From the NCBI GenBank assembly GCA_041913505.1, contig JAYSFC010000002.1, forward strand, positions 7,859 through 71,858: a stretch of 64,000 bases of DNA, read 5' to 3'. A model generated the notes under the pieces. The model was given only the letters and a program-made list of their open reading frames with translations, had not been told where the DNA came from and searched no databases. This document shows, piece by piece, positions 44,376-54,091 of this stretch. Numbering within the stretch: position 1 is the stretch's first letter; each line of letters opens with the position of its first letter. Made by a program: the position numbers and the translations under genes. This stretch comes from Acidovorax sp. (GTDB lineage: Bacteria; Pseudomonadota; Gammaproteobacteria; Burkholderiales; Burkholderiaceae_C).

Positions 44376-45776
44376 TCAGAGGCCCATCGCGGACTTCACG
44401 AGGCCGAAAACATTGGTGTTGACCATCGTGCCCTTGAAGCCGTTGCTGCCGGCGCCGGTGGAGAACAGCATCACGTCGCCGCCACCGTGCGTTTCCGAGC
44501 CGGGGGAGCCGAGCGAGACACCCACTTCCTGCAGGTAGTCGTCGCCGGCTGTGTCCACGGCAGTGAGGTCATCGCGCGTGGCCTTGCGCGGGCCGCCGCC
44601 GTTGCCGAACACCAGCGTGGTGTAGGGCTGACCATCGGCTGCCTTGGCCAGCACGGGCGTGCCTTGCACGGTGGTGGCCTTGATGTCGGTGGTTTTGCCC
44701 AGGATCGGGTTGCCCTTGTGCGAGTAGCCGTTGAAGGTCATCGTGTGGTCGTGGTCGGCGGTGACGACGATCAGCGTGTTCTTCGTGTCCACGAGCGACA
44801 GCGCCCGGCGGATGGCCTCGTCGAAGGCGATGGTGTCTTCCAGCGCGCGCTTGGCGTTGGTGCCGTGCAGCGCGTGGTCGATGCGGCCACCTTCGACCAT
44901 CAGGAAGTAGCCCTTGCCGTTCTTCTGCAGCACCTTGATGGCTTTTTCCGTCATGTCGGCGAGGCTGGGCTCATCGATCTTCTTCTTGACGCGGTCGAGC
45001 TCGTAGTTCAGGTGGTCCAGGTTGAACAGGCCCACGAGCTTGCTGGTGGCGGCAGGGTCCACGGCCTGGAGCGCGGTGCCGGTGTTGACGTAGGTGTAGC
45101 CTGCCTTTTGCAGCAGGGCCGTGAGGTCCTGGCCATCCGTGCGCTTGCCGCCGGTGGCCGTGCTGGGCAGGAAGAACTTGGAGCCGCCGCCGAGCAGCAC
45201 ATCCACGCCCGAGCCCAGGGCTGTATTGAACTGGCCTGAGCCGGGCACGGCCTGCGCGGCAATGGTGTTCTCGCCGTCGCGGTGGCAGATGTGCGAGTAG
45301 GTCGCGGCCGGGGTGGCGTGCGTGATGCGTGTGGTCGTCACGGCGCCCACGGACTTGCCCGCGGACTTGGCCAGCTCCAGCAGCGTCGGCACGGATGTGC
45401 CGTTGCCCGTGGCGGGGCAGGTGCTGTCGGCGCCGTTGATGTAGGGCTTGGTGCCGTTGTAGGCCTTGGTGTCCGGGCTCATGGAGAGAACTTCGTTGTT
45501 CATCTTCACGCCGGTCATGTAGGCGGCCATCGAAGGAGCGCTGTCGGTGGTCTGCGCATCGTTCGAGTAGGTCTTGATGCGGGCCGTGCGGCGCAGGCTC
45601 TCCATGGTGAGCTGGCCTGTTTCGCCGTACTTGTAGATGCGGCTGGCGGTGACGGTGGTGGGGCCCATGCCGTCGCCGAGGAAAAAGATCACGTTGGTGG
45701 CTTCGCCGGCGGCGAAGCTGGCGCCGCTGGCGGCGAGGGCCAGGGCGGCAACGGTGGTGCGGTGCAGATTCTTCAT
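44376..45776 (-). CDS. Alkaline phosphatase (PhoA family), soluble periplasmic paralog
   Basis: 466-aa ORF with a Sec signal ending ASFAAGE. It contains FFLGDGMG, TDSAPSMAAY (active-site Ser), MVEGGRIDHALH, VTADHDHT and GSETHGG. Confidence 0.9.
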   Translation of the reverse strand: MKNLHRTTVAALALAASGASFAAGEATNVIFFLGDGMGPTTVTASRIYKYGETGQLTMESLRRTARIKTYSNDAQTTDSAPSMAAYMTGVKMNNEVLSMSPDTKAYNGTKPYINGADSTCPATGNGTSVPTLLELAKSAGKSVGAVTTTRITHATPAATYSHICHRDGENTIAAQAVPGSGQFNTALGSGVDVLLGGGSKFFLPSTATGGKRTDGQDLTALLQKAGYTYVNTGTALQAVDPAATSKLVGLFNLDHLNYELDRVKKKIDEPSLADMTEKAIKVLQKNGKGYFLMVEGGRIDHALHGTNAKRALEDTIAFDEAIRRALSLVDTKNTLIVVTADHDHTMTFNGYSHKGNPILGKTTDIKATTVQGTPVLAKAADGQPYTTLVFGNGGGPRKATRDDLTAVDTAGDDYLQEVGVSLGSPGSETHGGGDVMLFSTGAGSNGFKGTMVNTNVFGLVKSAMGL

Positions 45777-45793
45777 GATCGTAGGGCTTTCGG

Positions 45794-47203
45794 TTACAGG
45801 CCGGTGGCCTTGCGGATCAGGCCAAAGACTTCGGTGTTGGTGATGACGCCCGTGAACTGGTCGGCGCCCTTGCCGATGGCGCCCAGGAACACGTCGGTGC
45901 CGCCGTGCGTTTCGCTGCCCACGGCCATGGGGATGACAGCCTCTTGGTGGTAGGCCTTGTCGGCAACTACGGCATCGGTCAGGGCCGTGCGCGTGGCAGG
46001 GCGGTTCTCGCCGTTGCCGAAGCCGATGATGGTGAAGGGATTGCCGCCCGTGTCGGAGGCGAGCGAGCCGTCGACGACGTTGCGCAGCAGGCCCAGCACG
46101 CCGGGGTTGCTGGTCGTGGTGGGGCCGGTGCGCGCGGCGTAGCCGTTGAGCACCAGGGTGTGGTCGTGGTCGGCGGTGACGACGATCAGCGTGTTCTTCA
46201 GACCCGGGTCCTTGGCTTGCATCTTGTCGATGGCGAGCTTGATGGCGTCATCGAAGGCCACCGTGTCCTGCAGCGCCTTGCGTGCGGTGGTCTCGTGCAG
46301 CGCATGGTCGATGCGGCCGCCCTCGACCATCAGGAAGAAGCCCTTGCTGTTCTGGGCCAGCATGTCGATGGCCTTGTTCGTCATTTCGGCCAGGCTGGGC
46401 TCCTTGGTGGGATCGCGGTCCAGGTCATAGCTCATGTGGCTGTTGGTGAACAAGCCCACGAGCTTCTTGGTGCTGGTGGCCGAGGCGGCGTCGAAATCGG
46501 CCTTGGTCTGCACATAGGTGTAGCCCTTGGCCTTGAGTTCGGCCGTGAGGTCGCGCCCGTCGGTGCGCTTGCCGCCGGCAGCGGTGGGCAGGAAGAACTG
46601 GCGGCCACCGCCCAGCAGCACGTCCACGCCATCGCCCAGCGCGCTGTTGTAGCCAGCGCCGCCCGGCACGGCCTGCGCGGCGATGGTGTTCTCGCCGTCG
46701 CGGTGGCAGATGTGCGAATAGGTGACGGCCGGCGTGGCGTGCGTGATGCGCGTGGTGGTCACGGCGCCCGTGCCCATGCCGGCGGACTTGGCGATCTCCA
46801 GCAGCGTTGCCACGGCCTTGCCGTTGCCCGTGGCGGGGCAGGTGGAGTCGGTGCCGTTCAGGTAGTCCTTGCCGCTGGCGTCGAAGGCGCTGGTTTCGGG
46901 CGTCATGGAGATGACTTCATTGTTCATCTTCACGCCGGTCATGTAGGCCGCCATCGAGGGGGCGCTGTCCGTCACCTGGGCGTTGTTGGAGTAGGTGCGC
47001 ACGAAGGCCGTTTCGGGCAGCGTGTCCATGGTCAGGTCACCGGCTTCGCCCACCTTGTAGATGCGGGCGGCGGTCTGGGTGGTCATGCCCATGCCATCCC
47101 CCAGGAAGAAGATGACGTTCTTGGGGGCCGGTGCGTCGTCCGAGCCACCGCACGCCGTCAGCGCCAGGGTGGCCATGGCCAGGGTAATTAACCGAAATTT
47201 CAT
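45794..47203 (-). CDS. Alkaline phosphatase (PhoA family), lipoprotein paralog
   Basis: Part of ORF 45794..47440(-), starting at MKFRLITLAMATLALTACGG (ATG at 47203, with a lipobox) behind GGAG. It carries the same catalytic motifs as the neighbouring paralog. The gap to the next gene is 17 nt. Confidence 0.9.
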   Translation of the reverse strand: MKFRLITLAMATLALTACGGSDDAPAPKNVIFFLGDGMGMTTQTAARIYKVGEAGDLTMDTLPETAFVRTYSNNAQVTDSAPSMAAYMTGVKMNNEVISMTPETSAFDASGKDYLNGTDSTCPATGNGKAVATLLEIAKSAGMGTGAVTTTRITHATPAVTYSHICHRDGENTIAAQAVPGGAGYNSALGDGVDVLLGGGRQFFLPTAAGGKRTDGRDLTAELKAKGYTYVQTKADFDAASATSTKKLVGLFTNSHMSYDLDRDPTKEPSLAEMTNKAIDMLAQNSKGFFLMVEGGRIDHALHETTARKALQDTVAFDDAIKLAIDKMQAKDPGLKNTLIVVTADHDHTLVLNGYAARTGPTTTSNPGVLGLLRNVVDGSLASDTGGNPFTIIGFGNGENRPATRTALTDAVVADKAYHQEAVIPMAVGSETHGGTDVFLGAIGKGADQFTGVITNTEVFGLIRKATGL

Positions 47204-47250
47204 GAAGTGCTCCAGAAATGGGATCTCGGGCAGCACTATTCCGGGTGTGT

Positions 47251-47268
47251 GTGACCGATCAATGACGG
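47251..47268 (-). promoter_or_regulatory. Pho box candidate upstream of the alkaline phosphatase pair
   Basis: The minus strand reads CCGTCAT-TGAT-CGGTCAC: two 7-mers with an 11-nt period, matching 12/14 positions of CTGTCAT-N4-CTGTCAC. AATAGT lies 10 nt downstream as a possible -10. The ATG is about 50 nt further on. Confidence 0.5.
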
Positions 47269-47306
47269 TGTGGCGTGGATGATCCAGCCGGTCACCGAGC
47301 GGACAC

Positions 47307-47339
47307 AAAAAAAGCCGCAGTGGCTGATACCACTGCGGC
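47307..47339 (-). terminator. Rho-independent terminator after the cytochrome c gene
   Basis: The minus strand reads GCCGCAGTGG-TATCAG-CCACTGCGGC (a 10-bp stem), followed by TTTTTTT. Confidence 0.8.
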
Positions 47340-47378
47340 TTGGGGACGGGCGGCGAAAGCCGACCTAAGCGCCCCTGG

Positions 47379-47684
47379 TCACTTGAGCGACAGAACCCAG
47401 GTGGCCAGCTTCTTGGCTTCCGCTTCGTTGACCTGGGCATTGGCGGGCATCGGAACCGGGCCCCACACGCCCGAGCCGCCCTTGATGATCTTGGTGGCGA
47501 GCTTGTCTACGGCATCCTTCTGGCCAGCGTACTTGGCTGCCACGTCCTTGTAGGCGGGGCCGACCAGCTTCTTGTCGATGGCATGGCAAGCCATGCAATT
47601 CTTGGATGTGGCCAAGGCCTGGTCCGCCATTGCGGGGGCTGCCACCGACATTGCCATAGCGAGTGTGATCAGGGTACGGTTCAT
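47379..47684 (-). CDS. Class I soluble cytochrome c (c551/c8-like)
   Basis: 101-aa ORF with a signal peptide, the heme motif CMACH and a distal PMPAN Met ligand region. Confidence 0.9.
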   Translation of the reverse strand: MNRTLITLAMAMSVAAPAMADQALATSKNCMACHAIDKKLVGPAYKDVAAKYAGQKDAVDKLATKIIKGGSGVWGPVPMPANAQVNEAEAKKLATWVLSLK

Positions 47685-47789
47685 CGCAGACTTTCCTGTG
47701 GTTGGGTTACATTATTCTCAATGAAATTTTAGTGGCGCGGGTTGATTTGGCGCTACGAAATAACGCAAATTTCGCCGACGGAGGCTGTT

Positions 47790-48032
47790 ATGTACCTGCT
47801 GGGGTTGGCCCTTATCTTGACGGCCCTCAAATACCTGGAGATCGGGCCCGTCGCCACCTGGTCCTGGTGGTGGATTCTGCTTCCCTACGGCGTCACCGCG
47901 CTGTGGTGGGCCTGGGCCGACTCCACGGGCTATACCAAGCGCCGCGAAGTTGAAAAAACCGAGCAGCGCAAGCAGGATCGCATTAACAAGCATAAAGAGG
48001 CCTTGGGCATGCGTTCGCGCAAGCCGCGCTGA
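47790..48032 (+). CDS. Small Trp-rich membrane protein (TIGR04438-like)
   Basis: Part of ORF 47742..48032(+), starting at MYLLGLALILTALKYLEIGPVATWSWWWILLPYGVTALWWAWADSTGYTKRRE (ATG at 47790) behind GGAGG. Confidence 0.6.
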   Translation: MYLLGLALILTALKYLEIGPVATWSWWWILLPYGVTALWWAWADSTGYTKRREVEKTEQRKQDRINKHKEALGMRSRKPR

Positions 48033-48114
48033 TCTTCATCCAGAAAAATGGGCCCACGGACAGACAGTCCGCGGGCCCTTTTTCATTAGGGCGCAGTCGG
48101 ATGGCCCGGCCCGT

Positions 48115-49602
48115 TCAATCCACCATGCCGTCCATCAGCACTCCGCCACCCAGGGCCTGATAGAGCGCCACGGCATCCCCCAGCAGCGCGCCGCGTGCGG
48201 CGACGTGGGCGGCGCGCGCCTGTAGCCACGACTGCTCGGCGGCCAGAGCCGCGGGCTGGGCGCTGTACCCGTGCCGCAACTGCGCGCGGGTGAACTCCAG
48301 TGTCGATTGGGTGGCCTCTTCGCTCTCCTGTGCCATCCGCAGCGCCTTGGAGTCGGTGTCGAGCGCGTACAGCGCGTTGGCCACGTCCTGGAAGGCCGAG
48401 AGCACGGCGCCGCGGTACCTGGCTGCGGCGGCATCCAGTCCGGCCTCCGCCGCACGCTGGTGCGCCAGCAGCGTGCCGCCCGCGAACAGGGGCTGCAGCA
48501 CATTGGCACCCAATGCCCAGGTGGTGTTGCCGGATGCGAACATGCTGGCAAAGCCCGTGGCCCCCCCTCCGAGGGCTGCGGTAATCGACAGCTGCGGCAA
48601 CCGCGCGGCCTTGGCCACGCCGATGGCCGCGCTCGCCTGCTGCACGTCGGTCTCGGCGGAGCGCACGTCGGGGCGCTGCTCCACGAGCGCCGAGGGCACG
48701 GCCCGCGGCAGCTCGGGCAGTGTGAACGCTGACAGGTGGGGCACCGCGGGCGCCGCATCGGGCGTGCGGCCCGCGAGCGTGGCCAGCAGGTTGCGCGTCT
48801 GCTCCAACTGCTTGCGCAGCGGCGGCAGGGCTTGCTGCATCTGCACCAGCAGCGTCTGCTGCGTGGCCACGTCGAGCCCGCTCGCATAGCCGTTGCGCTG
48901 CTGCAGCCGCATGTGGCGCAGCTGTTCCTGGGCGGCCGTGATGGCTTGCTCGATCAGGGAGCTCTGCTCTTCGAGCATCGCGGCCTGGAGCATGCCGCCC
49001 GCCACGTTGCTCGCAAGCGTGAGCCGCGCAGCCTGCAGCTGCAGCCGCTGGCTTTCCTCGGCCGCCTGCAGACCTTCAACCTGGCGGCGGTTGCTGCCGA
49101 AGAGGTCGGGCGTGTAGCTCACGCTAAGCTGCGCCGTGTGGTAGGTGTAGAGCGTCTCGCCGCTGTCGAGTGGTGACGACAGTGACTCACCCACGTTCTG
49201 GCGTGTGCGGTTGTAGCTGGCCTGGACCGTGGGGTAGAAGAAACCGCGCTGGGCAATGACGTTCTGGCGCGCGGCGCGCAGCGTGGCGCTTGCTGCCTCG
49301 ATGGTGGGGCTGCGCTCCAGGGCCTCCTGTACCAGGGCGTCGAGCTCGGGCGAACCGAAGGCCTTCCACCACGCACGCTGCACGGGCCCGGCGGTGCCGG
49401 CCGTGGCCAGCGGCTCGCGGGTGAGCACGGCCGGCGCGGGCACGGCGGGCCGTGCATAGTCGGGGCCCACGGCGCAGCCCGTGGCGGCCAGGGCGGATAG
49501 GCCCAGCAGGCCGAGGAACAGGCGCCTGTCTTGCGACGCCAGGGGCGCTTTCAGGTTATGCGTACGCACGTTTGCCTCCCAGTCCTTCGCGCTTCTTCGC
49601 AA
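48115..49602 (-). CDS. RND efflux outer membrane factor lipoprotein (NodT family)
   Basis: 495-aa ORF with lipobox LSALAATGC followed by GPDYARP, and long coiled alpha-helical repeats. The true start may be the GTG at 49569. Confidence 0.85.
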   Translation of the reverse strand: MRRSAKDWEANVRTHNLKAPLASQDRRLFLGLLGLSALAATGCAVGPDYARPAVPAPAVLTREPLATAGTAGPVQRAWWKAFGSPELDALVQEALERSPTIEAASATLRAARQNVIAQRGFFYPTVQASYNRTRQNVGESLSSPLDSGETLYTYHTAQLSVSYTPDLFGSNRRQVEGLQAAEESQRLQLQAARLTLASNVAGGMLQAAMLEEQSSLIEQAITAAQEQLRHMRLQQRNGYASGLDVATQQTLLVQMQQALPPLRKQLEQTRNLLATLAGRTPDAAPAVPHLSAFTLPELPRAVPSALVEQRPDVRSAETDVQQASAAIGVAKAARLPQLSITAALGGGATGFASMFASGNTTWALGANVLQPLFAGGTLLAHQRAAEAGLDAAAARYRGAVLSAFQDVANALYALDTDSKALRMAQESEEATQSTLEFTRAQLRHGYSAQPAALAAEQSWLQARAAHVAARGALLGDAVALYQALGGGVLMDGMVD

Positions 49603-52600
49603 ATTTCACCCGGCGCAACACTGCCAGGCGCAGTGCCGGCACCACCAGCAGCAGGAACAGCGGGCCGATGAGCATGCCGCCTACCACCACGGTCGCCAGA
49701 GGGCGCTGCACCTCGCTGCCGATGCTGTGCGACATGGCCGCGGGCAGCAGGCCGATGCAGGCCGACAGCGCCGTCATGAGCAGCGGCCGCATCCGGCTGC
49801 GGTAGGCCTCTTCCATGGCCTGCAGGTGGTCGTAACCGCGTGCGCGCAGGTCCTTGAAATAGCCGAGGATCAGAATCCCGTCCATGACCGAAACGCCCAG
49901 CAGCGAGATGAAGCCGATGACGGCCGAAATGCTCAGCACCTGGCCCGTGAGGTACAGCGCCAGGATGCCGCCGAACACCGTGAACGGCACCGATGCGAGC
50001 GTGAGCAGGCAGTAGATGAAGTTGTTGAACAGCGCATAGAGCAGCGCGAGCACGAGGATCACGGCCACGGGGATCGCGATCATCATGCGCGCCTTGGCCT
50101 GCTGCAGCGCTTCGAACTCACCCGCGTAGATGATGCGATAGCCCTGAGGCAGGCTGATCTGCTGCGCCACGCGGCGCTGCACCTCGGAAACGGTGCTGCC
50201 CAGGTCGCGGTTGCGCGCGCTGAACTTGATCGGGATGTAGCGCTCGTTGCTCTCGCGGTAGATGTAGGTCGCGCCCGTGTCGAGCGAGATCGTTGCCACG
50301 TCCGCCAGTGGAATGTACGAGGTATTGCCTCCCGACGTGGTGTATCCCACGCGCAGCGCGCGCACGGCCTCGGGCGTGGCGCGGTCGCCCTGCTTGAAGC
50401 GCACTGTCAGGGCGAAGCGCCGGTCGCCCTCGAGCACCGTCGTGGCCTCGACGCCTGCGAGCGCCGCCTGGATAGCGTTGGCCACGTCGCCCGTGTTGAG
50501 TCCGTAGCGCGCGGCGCGCGCGCGGTCGATCTGGATGTTCATGTTGGGCTGACCCAGGATGTGGAACACCCCGAGGTCGGCCACGCCGTCAATGTGCGAC
50601 ATCACCTCCTGGACCTGGGCGGCCAGCTTTTCCAGCGTGGCGAGGTCGGGGCCGATGATCTTCACCGAGTTCGCGCCTTTCACCCCCGATAGGCCCTCCT
50701 GCACGTTGTCCTGGATGTACTGCGAGAAGTTGAACGTCACGCCGGGGAACTCGGCCTCGAAGCGAGCCTGCAGCTCGCGCACCAGCCGCTCCTTGGTCAT
50801 GCCGGGGCGCCATTTCTCGAAGGGTTGCAGCGGCGCGAACAGCTCCACGTTGTTGAAGCCCGAGGCATCGCTGCCGTCGTCGGGGCGGCCGTGCTGCGAG
50901 ACCACGGTGATGATCTCGGGGTACTCCTTGATCATCTGCCGCATGCGGTTGGCCTTGTCGCGGCCCGCCTCGAGCGAGATCGTGGGCGGCATGGAAGCGC
51001 GGATCCAGAGGTTGCCTTCCTCGAGCGCGGGCAGGAACTCGCTGCCCAGGTGGCTGGCCATGAAGCCGCCAGCCACCAGCGCGGCCAGGCCCATCACCAG
51101 CACGGCGCGCGTGTGGTGCAGCACCCAGTGCAGGGCAGGGCGGTAGGCGTTCTGGATCGCGTGGACGATGAAGGTCTCCTTCTCCTGCACCTTGGCCGGC
51201 AGCAGGTAGCTGGCCAGCACGGGTGTGACGGTGAAGGTGGCGATCAGCGCGCCCGCAAGCGCGTAGCCGTAGGTGCGGGCCATGGGTCCGAAGATCTGGC
51301 CTTCCACCCCCTGCATCGCGAACAGCGGCGTGAATGCGGCGATGGTGATGAAGGTCGAGAACAGCACCGAGCTGTCGACCTGCGAGGCGCTCAGGTAGAT
51401 CATGCGCAGGCGCGAGGTCCAGCCGTTGCCGGGCTGGGTGCGCGCGCCGTCGGGCCCCTGGGCCATTGCCCGCAGCAGCGAGGCTCGTATCGGCGTGGGC
51501 CGCTGGAAGTTGCGAAAGACGTTCTCCACCAGGATCACCGCCGCGTCCACGATGATGCCGAAGTCCACCGCCCCCAGCGAGAGCAGGTTGGCCGACTCGC
51601 CCGTGAGCACCAGCATCATGATGCTGAAGAACAGCGCGAACGGGATGTTCACGCTCACGATCACCGCGCTGCGCAAGTCGCCCAGGAACACCCACTGGAT
51701 GAAGAACACCAGCAGGCAGCCGAAGATGAGGTTGTGCAGCACCGTGTGCGTGGTCACGCCCACGAGCACCGCACGGTCGTAATAGGGGTCGAGCTTGACG
51801 CCCTCGGGCAGCGAGCCATCGGAGTTGATCTTCTCCACCGCCGCCTTCACGCGCTCGATCACGTCGCTGGTGTGCAGGGTGCGGTTCATGATGACGACGC
51901 CCGTGACCACGTCGTTGTGCAGGTCGCGGCCGGCCTCGCCCAGGCGCGGCACGGTGCCCTCGACGATGCGTGCTACGTCCCTGACCTGCGTGGGCAGGCC
52001 GTTTTTCTGGCCAACCACGATGTTGGCGATGTCGTCCACATCGCGCACCAACCCCAGGCCGCGGATGTTGACCGACTGGTCGCCCACGCTGATCGCGCGC
52101 CCGCCCACGTTGAGGTTCGCGTTGCCGATCGCCTGGATCAGGCTCTGCAGCGTCACGCCGTGGGCCTCAAGCTGCTTGGGGTCGGCCTCGACGTGGTATT
52201 CCTTGGTTGTTCCGCCCCAGGTCACCACCTGCACCACGCCGGGCACGGTGAGCAGCCGGCGCTGGATCACCCAGTCCTGCAGCGTGCGCAGATCGGTGAG
52301 GCTGTAGGTCGACGGGGCCTTGACCTGGTAGCGCAAAATTTCACCGACCAGGCTCGAGGCCTGGATCTGCGGCTGAACGCCGTTAGGCAGGTTCACGTTG
52401 GCCTGGAGGTTGTTGGCAACCTGGGTCAGCGCGAAGTAGTAGTCCGTGCCGTACTTGAAAGTCACGCGCACGAAGGACAGTCCGTAGAACGAAGTCGAAC
52501 GGATGTTCTCCACGCCGGGTGTCGTCGCCAGGCCAATTTCCATGGGGCGCGTGTAGTAGCGCTCCATTTCTTCGGCCGACATGCCGGGGGCCTGGGCCGT

Positions 52601-52747
52601 GATCTCGAGGATGACCGGCGCGGGGTTGGGATAGGCTTCTACGTTGAGCTTGGAGAAGGCCAGCAGGCCCAGGCCGAGGAAGGCCAGCAGGCTCAACAAA
52701 ATGATGGGCCTGCGCGAGAGCACAAAGGCCAGCAGGGGACGAAACAC
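49556..52747 (-). CDS. RND efflux permease, heavy-metal-efflux (CzcA/CusA) family
   Basis: 1063-aa ORF with a CzcA-like N-terminus (EAYPNPAPVILEITAQAPGMSAEEME, GLSFVRVTFKYGTDYYFA). The TM4 signature reads AVDFGIIVDAAVILVEN. Confidence 0.85.
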   Translation of the reverse strand: MFRPLLAFVLSRRPIILLSLLAFLGLGLLAFSKLNVEAYPNPAPVILEITAQAPGMSAEEMERYYTRPMEIGLATTPGVENIRSTSFYGLSFVRVTFKYGTDYYFALTQVANNLQANVNLPNGVQPQIQASSLVGEILRYQVKAPSTYSLTDLRTLQDWVIQRRLLTVPGVVQVVTWGGTTKEYHVEADPKQLEAHGVTLQSLIQAIGNANLNVGGRAISVGDQSVNIRGLGLVRDVDDIANIVVGQKNGLPTQVRDVARIVEGTVPRLGEAGRDLHNDVVTGVVIMNRTLHTSDVIERVKAAVEKINSDGSLPEGVKLDPYYDRAVLVGVTTHTVLHNLIFGCLLVFFIQWVFLGDLRSAVIVSVNIPFALFFSIMMLVLTGESANLLSLGAVDFGIIVDAAVILVENVFRNFQRPTPIRASLLRAMAQGPDGARTQPGNGWTSRLRMIYLSASQVDSSVLFSTFITIAAFTPLFAMQGVEGQIFGPMARTYGYALAGALIATFTVTPVLASYLLPAKVQEKETFIVHAIQNAYRPALHWVLHHTRAVLVMGLAALVAGGFMASHLGSEFLPALEEGNLWIRASMPPTISLEAGRDKANRMRQMIKEYPEIITVVSQHGRPDDGSDASGFNNVELFAPLQPFEKWRPGMTKERLVRELQARFEAEFPGVTFNFSQYIQDNVQEGLSGVKGANSVKIIGPDLATLEKLAAQVQEVMSHIDGVADLGVFHILGQPNMNIQIDRARAARYGLNTGDVANAIQAALAGVEATTVLEGDRRFALTVRFKQGDRATPEAVRALRVGYTTSGGNTSYIPLADVATISLDTGATYIYRESNERYIPIKFSARNRDLGSTVSEVQRRVAQQISLPQGYRIIYAGEFEALQQAKARMMIAIPVAVILVLALLYALFNNFIYCLLTLASVPFTVFGGILALYLTGQVLSISAVIGFISLLGVSVMDGILILGYFKDLRARGYDHLQAMEEAYRSRMRPLLMTALSACIGLLPAAMSHSIGSEVQRPLATVVVGGMLIGPLFLLLVVPALRLAVLRRVKFAKKREGLGGKRAYA

Positions 52748-52774
52748 GGGTATCTCCTTGGGGCAGAGCGGCGC

Positions 52775-54007
52775 TTACTGCGCTTCGGTTTCGTAGAGGC
52801 TGCTGAGGAACAGTGCGTTGTGGCGCGCGATGCGCTCGCTGCTGGACAGCCCTTCGATGATCTGCACGAGCCCATCTGCGGTTTGTCCGCGCTTGACCTG
52901 GCGGCGCATGAAGCGTGGCCCGCGGTCATCGCTTTCCGAGGCAACCCACACCACGTCCGCGCCATTGCCCTCGCGCACTACGGCCTCTGCCGGGACGGCC
53001 ACGGAGGTTTGTGGTGCCGCCACGGTGATGCTGAAATCGGCCGTCATCTGCGGGCGCAGTTCGCGCTGCGGGTCGGCCACCTCGGCGCGCACCACGAAGC
53101 GCCGGCTGTCGGCGTCGATGCTGTCGCCCACATAGGAGACCTTGCCTGAGAACACCTTGCCCGGCCAAGCCTGCACACGCACCTGGACCGGCTGGCCCAC
53201 GCGGTAGTAGCTGAATTCCGACTCCGGTACGTTGGCCACCATCCACAGCGTGCGCAGGTCCGACACCGTGACTGGCGCGGGGTCGCCGCCGGGCTGCACC
53301 AGCAGGCCGGGTTGTGCGGCGCGCGCCGTGACGCGGCCGGCGATGGGGCTCTTCACAGCCACCTCCTTGCCTACCTGGCGATCGCGTTCGATGCGGGCGA
53401 TGTCCTCATCGCTGAGCTCGAACAGGCGCAGGCCCTGCCGTGCTGCGTCGTAGGCGGCCTGTGCCGTCTGCTGGTCGGTCTGCGCCTGCTGCAGTTCCTT
53501 TTGCGGAATGCTGCTTTCCTGGGCCAGGGCGGTGGCGCGGCGCAGCGTCTCGTTGGCCGAGCGCAGCGTGGCGGCAGTCGAGATCAGCGTGGACGCGGCC
53601 TGCGCCCGCTCGGGCACCGACACGGTGTAGAGCGTCTGGCCCGCCTTCACCTCATCGCCCGCCTTGACCAGCACCTGCGCGATGCGGCCCTGCTGGGCTG
53701 AGTACACGCGCGTGGTGCGATCCTGGTTGAAGTCGATGATGCCGATGGTGCGGCGCAGGTTCTCGAACTGGTGCTCCTGCGGGGTGCCTACGTCGAGTGC
53801 CGGGGCCTGGGCGGGCGCGACGCGCACCATGTCGGCCTGCACCTTGCCAGCTACCGAGGCGGGCTCGCTGTCTTCGCCGGCCTTCGCGTTGCGCGCGCCG
53901 ATGGCCCATACGCCGCCAGCCACGGCGACGAAAGCGGCGGCCACGGCCACCCAGAGGAGGGCGCGCGGACGAGGTGGCGCCGATGAAGAATGTTGTGTAG
54001 CAGCCAT
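52775..54007 (-). CDS. RND efflux periplasmic adaptor (membrane fusion protein)
   Basis: ORF 52775..54052(-); the likely start is MAATQHSS at 54007. It has an N-terminal TM, a lipoyl/hairpin region (VKAGDEVKAGQTLYTV) and beta-barrel segments. Confidence 0.8.
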   Translation of the reverse strand: MAATQHSSSAPPRPRALLWVAVAAAFVAVAGGVWAIGARNAKAGEDSEPASVAGKVQADMVRVAPAQAPALDVGTPQEHQFENLRRTIGIIDFNQDRTTRVYSAQQGRIAQVLVKAGDEVKAGQTLYTVSVPERAQAASTLISTAATLRSANETLRRATALAQESSIPQKELQQAQTDQQTAQAAYDAARQGLRLFELSDEDIARIERDRQVGKEVAVKSPIAGRVTARAAQPGLLVQPGGDPAPVTVSDLRTLWMVANVPESEFSYYRVGQPVQVRVQAWPGKVFSGKVSYVGDSIDADSRRFVVRAEVADPQRELRPQMTADFSITVAAPQTSVAVPAEAVVREGNGADVVWVASESDDRGPRFMRRQVKRGQTADGLVQIIEGLSSSERIARHNALFLSSLYETEAQ

Positions 54008-54091
54008 ACGACCACGTTCCTTGAGAATTGCACGCACGGGCATCTTTCCCACGATGCCTGTCAGGTGGGCGCAGTCTAGGAAGGGGAAGCT

